Shown piece by piece: positions 1 to 7,908 of a DNA stretch of 31,478 bases; positions within the stretch are counted from its first letter, which is position 1, and each line of letters begins with the position of its first letter. Where the stretch lies: NCBI GenBank assembly GCA_050293845.1, contig JBNKNM010000046.1:1-31478 (forward strand), read 5' to 3'. The DNA comes from Pseudobacteriovorax sp. Its GTDB lineage: Bacteria; Bdellovibrionota_B; Oligoflexia; Oligoflexales; Oligoflexaceae. The notes beneath the pieces are model-generated. The model was not told the origin of the DNA, ran no database searches, and was given only the letters and a program-made list of their open reading frames with translations. The position numbers and the translations under genes are program-made.

Positions 1-103
1 ACCTTAACCGCAATGGAGGATTTCGAATCAACGATTCGATGCTCGCCGCAGGGCTTCTCCATTCCTCCCGGCCCTAAAGAGACCGGGTTTCCTGGAGAAG
101 TTT
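1..103 (+). ncRNA. Candidate structured RNA (possible 3' end of an ncRNA such as 6S, or a structured 5' leader of mpl); truncated by the window edge
   Basis: Hairpin TCGAATC/GATTCGA (23-39). Stem GGGCTTCTCCA (51-61)/TGGAGAAGTTT (93-103) with inner CCCGG/CCGGG. Alternative pairing of 12-20 with 55-63. Identity not established. Confidence 0.25.
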
Positions 104-104
104 G

Positions 105-1574
105 ATGAAAATAAAGCCTAATGCACACCTCTATTTTATCGGCATCGGAGGCACAGGTATGGCATCAGTCGCCGGTCTGGCTCAGCAAGGAGGATTCCAG
201 GTTGAGGGTAGCGACAATCCTCTCTACCCTCCTATGTCAACAATGCTACAAAACTTACGTATCAAAGTTTCAAGTCCTTACAGTGCCAAGAACCTTAAAA
301 ATAAGCACCCCGATCTTTTCATTATCGGTAATGCCTTATCCCGAGGCCATGAGGAATTGGAAGTAGCGCTAACTACTGGAATTCCTTATACTAGTTTCCC
401 TGGTTTTCTGGGGGAGTCTATTTTGAGTGACAGAGATAACATCGTTGTCGTGGGCACCCATGGGAAAACAACGACGACTTCTCTTATGACACACATCTTA
501 ATGACCTTAGGGGAAAGTCCTGGGTATTTAATCGGGGGTATTCCGAAAAATTTTTCCCATGGCTTTTCTCTTGGAGAAGGACAGTTATTTGTCATCGAAG
601 GTGATGAGTACGACACTGCCTTTTTCGACAAGGGATCCAAGTTTCTTCACTACCGACCGAGGTATATAATCTTCAACAACCTTGAGTTCGATCATGCCGA
701 TATCTTTCCCAACCTAGCAGCCATTGAGAAGCAATTCTCTCTGCTTTTGGAACTCATCCCAACGCCCCGAAATATCATTGCCAACTGGGATGACCCCGGA
801 GTGCGCTCTCTCATCGAAAAACTTCAACTTACTGATCATGTCACACAAGTCAGTACATTAGGTAAAACCCCCCAGGCGGATGTCGTTGTCAAGGATATTA
901 ATGTGGGACAAGACTCATGGACCTGCAATATTTTCGTTAATAATTTTGGGGTTATACCAGTTGAAACCAAGCTAATAGGCCGTCATAATATCGCCAATAT
1001 TGCTCAGGTTGTCGCTTGTTTGAGACGCATTCAGGATGATCACCTGATAGCAACTCCCACTCCTGAAGCCATATCTCAAGGCATCGCATCGTTTACAGGA
1101 GTCAACCGGAGACTTGACCTTATAAGCACGATTAAAGGTATCGATATCTATGAAGACTTTGCTCACCACCCCACTTCTGTCTCCCATGTCATTGAATCAT
1201 TTCGATGCTCTCATCCGGAAAAACGTCTGGTGGTCGCTTTTGAGCCGCGCAATGCTACCAGCCGCCGCAATGTTTTTATCAAAGACTTTGCAAACTCTTT
1301 AGGAAAAGCTGATCAAGTTTACTTAGGCCATTGCCCTATTGACAGTAGAATTCCTGAGGGGCAGAGAATGAACACCGCTAAACTTGCCGCGTTGATCGGT
1401 AGAAAAGCGACAGCATTTGATGATAATGAAACTTTAGTAGAGTGCTTAGCTAGTTCCCTCTCTGAGAATGACGTAGTTATTTTCATGTCTAGTGGCAGTT
1501 TCGGTGGCATTCAGTACCAATTAGGTGATAAAATCAAAACTAGAGAAAGTAAGGAAAGTTCGTCAAACTTTTAA
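105..1574 (+). CDS. mpl: UDP-N-acetylmuramate:L-alanyl-gamma-D-glutamyl-meso-diaminopimelate ligase (murein peptide ligase, MurC/Mpl family)
   Basis: HLYFIGIGGTGM, YPPMST, P-loop GTHGKTTTT, Mpl-typical IEGDEYDTAFFDKGSKFLHY, NNLEFDHADIF, EDFAHHPT, FEPR. ATG at 105 with GGAG at 94-97. Confidence 0.92.
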   Translation: MKIKPNAHLYFIGIGGTGMASVAGLAQQGGFQVEGSDNPLYPPMSTMLQNLRIKVSSPYSAKNLKNKHPDLFIIGNALSRGHEELEVALTTGIPYTSFPGFLGESILSDRDNIVVVGTHGKTTTTSLMTHILMTLGESPGYLIGGIPKNFSHGFSLGEGQLFVIEGDEYDTAFFDKGSKFLHYRPRYIIFNNLEFDHADIFPNLAAIEKQFSLLLELIPTPRNIIANWDDPGVRSLIEKLQLTDHVTQVSTLGKTPQADVVVKDINVGQDSWTCNIFVNNFGVIPVETKLIGRHNIANIAQVVACLRRIQDDHLIATPTPEAISQGIASFTGVNRRLDLISTIKGIDIYEDFAHHPTSVSHVIESFRCSHPEKRLVVAFEPRNATSRRNVFIKDFANSLGKADQVYLGHCPIDSRIPEGQRMNTAKLAALIGRKATAFDDNETLVECLASSLSENDVVIFMSSGSFGGIQYQLGDKIKTRESKESSSNF

Positions 1575-1584
1575 GAAAAGCCAG

Positions 1585-1613
1585 TTGCATAGATATGCGT
1601 TAATGTTTACGAT
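1585..1613 (+). promoter_or_regulatory. Putative sigma70 promoter of pal
   Basis: TTGCAT-17 nt-TACGAT in the mpl-pal intergenic region. Confidence 0.5.
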
Positions 1614-1679
1614 GTTGCTTTGTATTGAAGCTATCAATTAACATTAAATATATTTTCAAGGTTGTCAGGAGAAGATAGG

Positions 1680-2180
1680 ATGATGTTAAAGAAGACTTGG
1701 AAGCCCCTTGCCGTTATAATTCTTTCATTGGGACTAAATATCAGTTGTGCTGAAGATCAGGCGGCTGAAGAGGTGATTCAGCCCATGGAACAAGAAACAC
1801 CAGCACCACCGCCCGAAGAACCTATGCCGACTATTAGTGCGGACGAAGTCACTATGCCTGTTTATTTTGCCTTTGATGACTATACCTTGAACCCCAGTAG
1901 CCAAGACTCCCTAAGCCGACTTGCTGATTATCTAAAAGAGAATACAGCGGCAGTCGTGCAAATTGAGGGTCATTGCGACGAAAGAGGGTCCATCGAGTAT
2001 AATCTTGCCTTAGGCCAGCGTCGTGCCCAGTCAGTAAAAAATTATCTCGTTGAACTCAGTGTAGACCCTAGCCGTCTGCCAACAATGAGCTATGGGGAAG
2101 AAAGACCTGCAGTCGAAGGCAGCGACGAAGCAGCGTGGGAAAAAAATCGCCGTGCTGAATTTGTGTTATCCAACCCCTAA
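1680..2180 (+). CDS. pal: Peptidoglycan-associated lipoprotein (OmpA-C domain)
   Basis: Lipobox LNISC; VYFAFDDY, IEGHCDERGSIEYNLALGQRRA, SYGEERP, NRRAEF. Start placed at ATG 1680 (or 1683) after AGGAG. Confidence 0.9.
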   Translation: MMLKKTWKPLAVIILSLGLNISCAEDQAAEEVIQPMEQETPAPPPEEPMPTISADEVTMPVYFAFDDYTLNPSSQDSLSRLADYLKENTAAVVQIEGHCDERGSIEYNLALGQRRAQSVKNYLVELSVDPSRLPTMSYGEERPAVEGSDEAAWEKNRRAEFVLSNP

Positions 2181-2190
2181 AGCATAATCT

Positions 2191-2216
2191 CCCTCTCTTC
2201 CCAGAGAGGGCTTATA
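2191..2216 (+). terminator. Possible intrinsic terminator after pal
   Basis: CCCTCTCT-TCCC-AGAGAGGG 8-bp stem; weak U-tract. Confidence 0.45.
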
Positions 2217-2223
2217 ATCTTCC

Positions 2224-2253
2224 TTGCCCTCCTCCTTACTATTTACGTAAAAT
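2224..2253 (+). promoter_or_regulatory. Putative sigma70 promoter of rny-ymdB
   Basis: TTGCCC-18 nt-TAAAAT; implies a leader of about 135 nt. Confidence 0.4.
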
Positions 2254-2394
2254 CGATCTTATGATTGTGACAAAAAATATCTAACCCTCATTGCAAACTT
2301 TTCTTGATCGAGATACCATCTTCGGTCAGCTGATGTGCCGTCTCGGCCAGGGTTGCCAATTGCAATCAGAATTCCTAAATGGAGGCCAAATTCT

Positions 2395-3960
2395 GTGAAT
2401 GTTGTTTTAATTATAGTAGCTAGTGCCATTTGTCTGGCGCTGGGCTTTATCTTTGGAATCATTTTCCATCGAAAAAGTCTGAGCGCTACCTTCGATGCAG
2501 CCCAAATGGATTCTGAAAAAATTCTTGAAGAGGCGAATAAGGAACGGGATAAAATCATCAGGGATGCCCATCAAGAGGCGAAGCAGGAAAACAAGCAGAG
2601 ACGCAACCAGTTTGAACAAGAAATAAAAAAACGACGTCAGGAATTTCAGAAGCTCGAAAACAAAGTCAAAACTAGGGAGCAAACCGTTGAGAAAAAGCTT
2701 AACCTTGTGGAGAAAAAAGAATCTGACTTAGAAAAGATGACAAACCATCTTAATCAGCAAGAAGCTAATTATAGAAAATTATTAAATGAATGTGAGGCTA
2801 GTCTGGAAAATAATCGCCAGACTCTAGAGTCAATTGCCAATATGTCTCAGGATGAAGCTAAACGCGAACTGATCACTTCCTTGGAGGCAGACGCTAAAAA
2901 AGCAGCTCAGGAAACCCTACGACAGATTGAAGACGATACCCGTCAAGAGGCCGAGCGTATTGGCAGAGCTATGGTGAGCCTTGCCGTACAAAGGGTGTCT
3001 AGCGAATATGTGAATGATTCGACCATAACAGTAGTCGGGTTGCCGTCCGATGAGATGAAAGGGCGCATTATCGGTCGTGAAGGCCGCAATATTCGCGCAA
3101 TCGAGCAATCTACTGGTGTTGATCTTATTATCGATGATACCCCTGAAGCAGTTATCTTATCTTGCTTTAACCCCATTCGGCGTGAAATAGCTAAAATTTC
3201 CCTCGAACGTCTTATCGCCGACGGCCGGATACACCCTGCAAGAATTGAAGAAACAGTAAAAAAAGTGGAAAGTGAATTCGATCAAATTACCACTGAAAAT
3301 GGCGAGCAAGCTGCCTTTGATAGCGGTATCACAGATTTGCACCCCGAACTGATCAAATACCTTGGTAAGTTAAAGTACCGGACTTCAGGGCAACAGACTG
3401 TTCTTCAACATTCCGTTGAAGTCGCTCACATTTGTGGGATAATGGCCTCTGAAATGGGCTTAGATGTCAAAAAAGCTAAAAGAGCCGGACTTCTACACGA
3501 TATCGGCAAGGCAGTCGATCAGGAGGTTGAAGGGCACCATGCCAAAACTGGTGCTGACCTATGCTCTCGGTTCCGTGAATCAGCTGATGTCATTGATGCC
3601 GTCATGAATCATCATACCGAAGAACTTAACTTTGCTTCCCCCTTAACCATTGTCATCCATGCCGCCAATGTTCTTTCAGAAAGACGGCCTGGGGCAAGAC
3701 GCGAAGTATTAGAGACATATATTAAGCGGCTGAAAGCCATGGAAGATATCGTGAATAGCTTTGAGGGCATTTCTGAATCCTTTGTCATCCAAGCTGGCCG
3801 CGAAATCAGAGCATTGGTATCACCCACCGGTGTCTCGGACTCGGAAGTTATAGACCTGTCTAACGACATCGCTTTTAAGTTACGTAACGAGCTTACTTTT
3901 CCCGGACAAGTCAAAGTGACTGTTGTCAGGGAGAGCAAGCAAGTCGATTTTGCCAAATGA
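2395..3960 (+). CDS. rny: Ribonuclease Y
   Basis: N-terminal TM helix, coiled coil, KH domain (LPSDEMKGRIIGREGRNIR, DLIIDDTPE), HD domain (HSVEVA...GLLHDIGKA), C-terminal IQAGREIR and FPGQVKVTVVRE. GTG 2395 follows GGAGG (2381-2385) and gives 521 aa. Confidence 0.95.
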   Translation: MNVVLIIVASAICLALGFIFGIIFHRKSLSATFDAAQMDSEKILEEANKERDKIIRDAHQEAKQENKQRRNQFEQEIKKRRQEFQKLENKVKTREQTVEKKLNLVEKKESDLEKMTNHLNQQEANYRKLLNECEASLENNRQTLESIANMSQDEAKRELITSLEADAKKAAQETLRQIEDDTRQEAERIGRAMVSLAVQRVSSEYVNDSTITVVGLPSDEMKGRIIGREGRNIRAIEQSTGVDLIIDDTPEAVILSCFNPIRREIAKISLERLIADGRIHPARIEETVKKVESEFDQITTENGEQAAFDSGITDLHPELIKYLGKLKYRTSGQQTVLQHSVEVAHICGIMASEMGLDVKKAKRAGLLHDIGKAVDQEVEGHHAKTGADLCSRFRESADVIDAVMNHHTEELNFASPLTIVIHAANVLSERRPGARREVLETYIKRLKAMEDIVNSFEGISESFVIQAGREIRALVSPTGVSDSEVIDLSNDIAFKLRNELTFPGQVKVTVVRESKQVDFAK

Positions 3961-4763
3961 TTAAAGTAGTAGCTATTGGTGACATTATGGGGAAGCCTGG
4001 CCGTCAAGCCCTTGCAAAGGCTTTGCCCCATTTAAAGGAAACCCTAGAGCCCGATGTAATTATTGCAAACGGGGAAAATGCAGCTGGGGGTTTTGGAATC
4101 ACTAAAAAAATATTCAAGCAGTTGACAGAAAATTATGGAATTCACTGTATTACCACAGGAAATCATTGGCACGATAAACGCGAAATCTATGATCTGATAC
4201 CCCATACTCCCAACCTGATTATCCCTGCCAATATGATGAATGTTGATGATATCGCCAATGGCTTTAAGATTCTTTCCGCTCCTAGTGGTCATAAATATGC
4301 TGTTATAAATCTTATCGGTTCCGCTTTTATGCATGCTGATAATCGTAATCCTTTTTTCACGGCTGAAAAAATTATGGACAGGATACCTAGCTCTGTGAAA
4401 CTTAGGATAGTGGATATTCATGCTGAAGCGACAAGTGAGAAGCAAGGCATGGGCCGTTACCTTAGTCAAAAAGCCAGTTTGGTTTTTGGCACCCATAGCC
4501 ACGTACCTACTGCCGATGAGCGCATTCTAGATGGTTTTACTGGCTATACCACTGATATTGGCATGACTGGTCCTTATGACTCTGTAATTGGCATTCGTAC
4601 CGATGCTGCCATTGCACGGATGACCGCCGGTGAACGCAAGAGATTTGAACCAGCCAGCAAAGACCTTTGGATGCCATTTATATATACAGAGCTTGACGAA
4701 ATAACTGGTAAATGTCTAAAGATAGACCGTTTTCGCTGGGAACTTGCCAAAATGGACCTATAA
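3957..4763 (+). CDS. ymdB: YmdB / TIGR00282-family metallophosphoesterase
   Basis: IGDIMGKPGR, NGENAAGGFG, TTGNH, DIHAEATSEK, GTHSHVPTAD, TDIGMTGPYDSVIG; ATGA overlap with rny, the usual synteny. Confidence 0.92.
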   Translation: MIKVVAIGDIMGKPGRQALAKALPHLKETLEPDVIIANGENAAGGFGITKKIFKQLTENYGIHCITTGNHWHDKREIYDLIPHTPNLIIPANMMNVDDIANGFKILSAPSGHKYAVINLIGSAFMHADNRNPFFTAEKIMDRIPSSVKLRIVDIHAEATSEKQGMGRYLSQKASLVFGTHSHVPTADERILDGFTGYTTDIGMTGPYDSVIGIRTDAAIARMTAGERKRFEPASKDLWMPFIYTELDEITGKCLKIDRFRWELAKMDL

Positions 4764-4885
4764 AGATCTTAAGAGTCGTTGTTCTTTTCAAATAGTCTAG
4801 CTAAAAAAAACCATGGTATGTATTTTTCTTTGCACCTAGACTGTAGCGCTAGTGCTCGCGAAACCAAAAAAGGGAAAAAATTTTG

Positions 4886-6475
4886 ATGAATCTGAAATAC
4901 ACCATTCCACTCACACTACTGATAGCAAGTATGCCAGCCCATGCTATTTTTGTAGATGGCAAAGGTCACTACGCACTTCGCGGTGAAACGCGTACCAACT
5001 CGGGATTTACCAAGGAATCGGGTGACTATCAGGCTATTAATCAATTTTTTCGTTTGGATACTGAGCTAAGGGTTTCGGATCGCTCTTCATTTGTTGCTGA
5101 GGTCCACCTTTTTGAGGACGAAAGAACAGCGTTTTTGGGAGACAGCGCGCAGCCTAATAATTGCACGGTCACCACAATTACAACTGACGCCGATATTGAT
5201 AGTTCTGCAGCACAAGGCAAGGATTGTGCTGGGCAACAGCAAAGCAGCCTTGAGCCACGCTATCAAGATTTGGCTCCCAGAATCACAAAGGCATACGCTA
5301 AATATGCTATGGACTATTGCTTACTTACAGTGGGACGCCGGGGACGACACTGGGGCTTAGGCTTATTCTTGGATGCTGGCGAGGATGTTTTTGATACTGA
5401 TGCTAGTGTATTCGATGGTGTTACCTGTGATATTAATATTCAAAAAAGTCAAACACTGGGCTTCTCCGTTGGGTATGACAAGATAACCGAGACTGGCGCT
5501 AATCCGTACATCAATGCCTCAACAAACCAATATGGAGCCGCAAACGCTCAAGATGACTTGGATCAAATTTTCATCACGGTCGAATATAACGATCACAAGT
5601 TGAATGCAGGCAAAGGCTTTTCCCAGCAAATCGGCATCTATTTTGCCAACATTCTTGGTGGCAGTAATGTCAAGACTGATATAAAAGTCGCTGACTTATT
5701 CCTCAATTTTTTGATCTCCGACCTATTGATTCAAAATGAGTTTATGTTCAGGCTTGGGGACTCTGCAGACCCCAACCTTAAGTTCCTTGGTGCAGGGCGT
5801 AATGCTTTCGAAGCCACTGCCGAGAAAAAAAATGTCCAAGCTGTCGCACTAGCTGGCAGCATTGAGTATTTCCTATCTCGCTCAGGAAGTATCATAGGTC
5901 CCGAAAAATATAACCAAGGTACTTTAAAAAGCCATTCCATCTTCCTAAACTATGCCTATGCTCCGGGGGAATCTGATGGTTATTACAGCGATGAAAGCAA
6001 GCGTGAAAGCAATAGTGCTGGTGCTGTCGCTTTCCATCGCAATTTCAAACCAGCAATGATTCTTTTTAATGGCCCTGCCAGCATTGACGGTCAGCATGTC
6101 GATGGAGTTTTTGACCCCTACCGCATCATGAATGCTACAGTTTTCTCCCTAGGATATCGTTACAGAAGCCTTGAAAACGGGAGCTTTGAAGCTAAGATCG
6201 TTACAGCAAGTCTCAATGCATCACTTCCTGATGATGTTAAAAGTGATATCGACACCGCTGTTCAAAATCAAACCAGCCAGGATACAGCTTTTGGCTATGA
6301 AAGCAAAAATATAGGTATCGAGATGGATCTGAGCTATTCTAAAAGCTTAGGTCAAGGCTTAGATCTTGGGATCGCAGCAGCCTATGCCCAACCTGGAGAC
6401 GCTTGGAAAACTAACACCAATCAAAGTATAAAACCCAGCTACCTTCTTCAGTCGCACATTTCCTTTTCATTCTAG
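4886..6475 (+). CDS. Hypothetical outer-membrane beta-barrel protein
   Basis: Sec signal ending AHA, many amphipathic strands, GRRGRHWGLGL segment, C-terminal ...HISFSF beta-signal. Confidence 0.65.
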   Translation: MNLKYTIPLTLLIASMPAHAIFVDGKGHYALRGETRTNSGFTKESGDYQAINQFFRLDTELRVSDRSSFVAEVHLFEDERTAFLGDSAQPNNCTVTTITTDADIDSSAAQGKDCAGQQQSSLEPRYQDLAPRITKAYAKYAMDYCLLTVGRRGRHWGLGLFLDAGEDVFDTDASVFDGVTCDINIQKSQTLGFSVGYDKITETGANPYINASTNQYGAANAQDDLDQIFITVEYNDHKLNAGKGFSQQIGIYFANILGGSNVKTDIKVADLFLNFLISDLLIQNEFMFRLGDSADPNLKFLGAGRNAFEATAEKKNVQAVALAGSIEYFLSRSGSIIGPEKYNQGTLKSHSIFLNYAYAPGESDGYYSDESKRESNSAGAVAFHRNFKPAMILFNGPASIDGQHVDGVFDPYRIMNATVFSLGYRYRSLENGSFEAKIVTASLNASLPDDVKSDIDTAVQNQTSQDTAFGYESKNIGIEMDLSYSKSLGQGLDLGIAAAYAQPGDAWKTNTNQSIKPSYLLQSHISFSF

Positions 6476-6491
6476 ATCGCCCCTTTTCTAT

Positions 6492-6520
6492 ATGACAAAG
6501 CCATGTTAGCCTCCTACTAT
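6492..6520 (+). promoter_or_regulatory. Putative sigma70 promoter overlapping the 5' arm of an RBS-sequestering hairpin
   Basis: ATGACA-17 nt-TACTAT; predicted TSS about 6527. Confidence 0.4.
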
Positions 6521-6544
6521 GACTTAGTAAGGAGGGTGACATGG
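6501..6544 (+). promoter_or_regulatory. Hairpin sequestering the SD and start codon of the 6541 ORF
   Basis: CCATGTTA-G-CCTCCT-ACTA pairs with TAGT-A-AGGAGG-G-TGACATGG, about 18 bp. Confidence 0.6.
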
Positions 6545-7908
6545 AAAATATATACAGCTCAGCCTATTTGGATTACTTTGCAAATATTGACCATACCCTT
6601 GTCAAAACCGGTATTCTCGGGCCTACTGCCAATAGCTGTCATCGCTTTGCCATGATTTTTGGCCCGAGCTTCGACCGTACCCAAATAGACCTACAGGTCA
6701 TCCAACATAAAAGCCCAGAAATATATCATACAGCCCATGCCATGATGGGAGAGATCCCCTTATTCACCAATCTTGCAAGATACACCTTGCACCGCGTGCT
6801 TTTGGATACTCATCAAATCATCTCCCATGCAGCTATAGAGACGGAAAAATGTATCCCCCTATTCTTCAACCAATCTATCCATACTTTTCGGGGAGGTCGG
6901 TGGGAATCTCGGGGGCCATATATAGGCTTTCTCATGGAGCTGTTAACCAGTTTTGAAGAGCTGCAATCATCCCTACTCGCACAGAGCTTATTAAAATCGT
7001 TTGTTAGGCCGTTCGATATCTGCGAAGCTGAGGCAGCCATCTCATTTTTGCAAACACTCAAAATCAGCCTTAATTTTCAGGAAGATGAAGAGACGTACCT
7101 CCCTTTGGTAGCCGAAAATAACTTTCTAAGAAAACTATGCTGTATTTTTCATACAGCATTCAACACTTGGCAGGCAGCATTCCTTTTGATCAAATCAAAT
7201 TCAAAACTAGCACCGCAACAAAGCTATACTCAGATAGCTCAGCCTGCTCTTAGCAGCTTCGCTGCTCTTGAAAAAATTCAATTTGACCCTCAAGACGAAA
7301 TATATAACTGGGATCACCAACTGATACAGGTCCTTTCCAGCATCCATCGCTTCAACCATGACTTGGAACAGTTTCATCGGCAGTTTCGCGAACTATTGCG
7401 ACCGCAGAATATGTATGTGCCTAATATCACCGAATCGCTGGATCGCCGCCTAGAGAGAGCCCTTATAGGTAAAGGAGTTACTAGCACCATTGCCAAAAAG
7501 ACGGCAAAAGCACTTACGACATATTGCCATCAATGGGGAATTCAAGTAAGGGACATAGATAGCCTAGAGCTAAGTAAAATCGACCCGAATCTTGATTTAC
7601 AGCTCCTTGAGGACATCAAAATGGTCGATAGAGACCATGCTTTTAATCTGAAGCAAGGGAGGAAGAAAGAAGTGGTTCTGAAACGTGCCCAAAAAGTAGT
7701 CCTTTCGATACAAAAAAACCTCCTATCATTGACCCTCGTTTTGATTGCTGTAGGACTTTTACCATCATGTGGGATCAAGACTTTACCATTATCTAATGTG
7801 CTAGATTTGAAGCCAGAAATACCCTATAAGACTTCAGCGAAAGTCACAAAGGATACTAACAAGTCCCTGCCAAACTCGGGAAAAGTGGAGCGACAACATG
7901 ATAATTAA
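6541..7908 (+). CDS. Highly diverged argininosuccinate-lyase (ArgH)-like protein, probably non-catalytic, fused to a C-terminal LptM/YifL-like lipoprotein module
   Basis: LERALIGKGVTSTIAKKTAKALTTYCHQWGIQVRDIDSLELSKIDP resembles the ArgH C-terminal domain (LADYLVxKGVPFRxAHxxVGxLVxxxxxxGxxLxELSLEELxxxSP). No GSSxMPxKxNP signature. C-terminal hydrophobic stretch plus LPSC-GIK lipobox. Lies directly upstream of dapA-dapB. Confidence 0.6.
   Translation: MENIYSSAYLDYFANIDHTLVKTGILGPTANSCHRFAMIFGPSFDRTQIDLQVIQHKSPEIYHTAHAMMGEIPLFTNLARYTLHRVLLDTHQIISHAAIETEKCIPLFFNQSIHTFRGGRWESRGPYIGFLMELLTSFEELQSSLLAQSLLKSFVRPFDICEAEAAISFLQTLKISLNFQEDEETYLPLVAENNFLRKLCCIFHTAFNTWQAAFLLIKSNSKLAPQQSYTQIAQPALSSFAALEKIQFDPQDEIYNWDHQLIQVLSSIHRFNHDLEQFHRQFRELLRPQNMYVPNITESLDRRLERALIGKGVTSTIAKKTAKALTTYCHQWGIQVRDIDSLELSKIDPNLDLQLLEDIKMVDRDHAFNLKQGRKKEVVLKRAQKVVLSIQKNLLSLTLVLIAVGLLPSCGIKTLPLSNVLDLKPEIPYKTSAKVTKDTNKSLPNSGKVERQHDN
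7672..7908 (+). CDS. Candidate internally initiated small lipoprotein (78 aa, LptM/YifL-like), in frame with the 6541 ORF
   Basis: GGGAGG at 7657-7662, 9 nt before in-frame GTG 7672; gives MVLKRAQK...LLSLTLVLIAVGLLPS-CGIKTLP with Cys at residue 33. Confidence 0.45.
   Translation: MVLKRAQKVVLSIQKNLLSLTLVLIAVGLLPSCGIKTLPLSNVLDLKPEIPYKTSAKVTKDTNKSLPNSGKVERQHDN

Noticed and set aside
1..105. Frame-1 open stretch (TLTAMEDF...GFPGEV*) ending in a TGATG overlap with the mpl start
   Set aside because: Could be the tail of an upstream CDS, but 34 codons with no recognisable motif cannot be supported from this window.
2290..2360. GCAAAC...GGTTGCC and GGTCAG...GTGCCG recall the c-di-GMP-I riboswitch or SRP RNA
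   Set aside because: The GAAA tetraloop/GACGCAAA core and the SRP GGAA loop with AGCAG are missing.
2335..2394. ORF-track N-terminal extension of rny (similar extensions for pal, trmFO, gshB, matrixin and queE)
   Set aside because: Better SD-linked or homology-consistent starts lie downstream; the extensions overlap promoters, terminators or neighbouring genes.
4814..4829. TGGTATG-N4-TTTCT, sigma54-like, upstream of the OMP gene
   Set aside because: Lacks the invariant -12 GC; too weak without TSS data.
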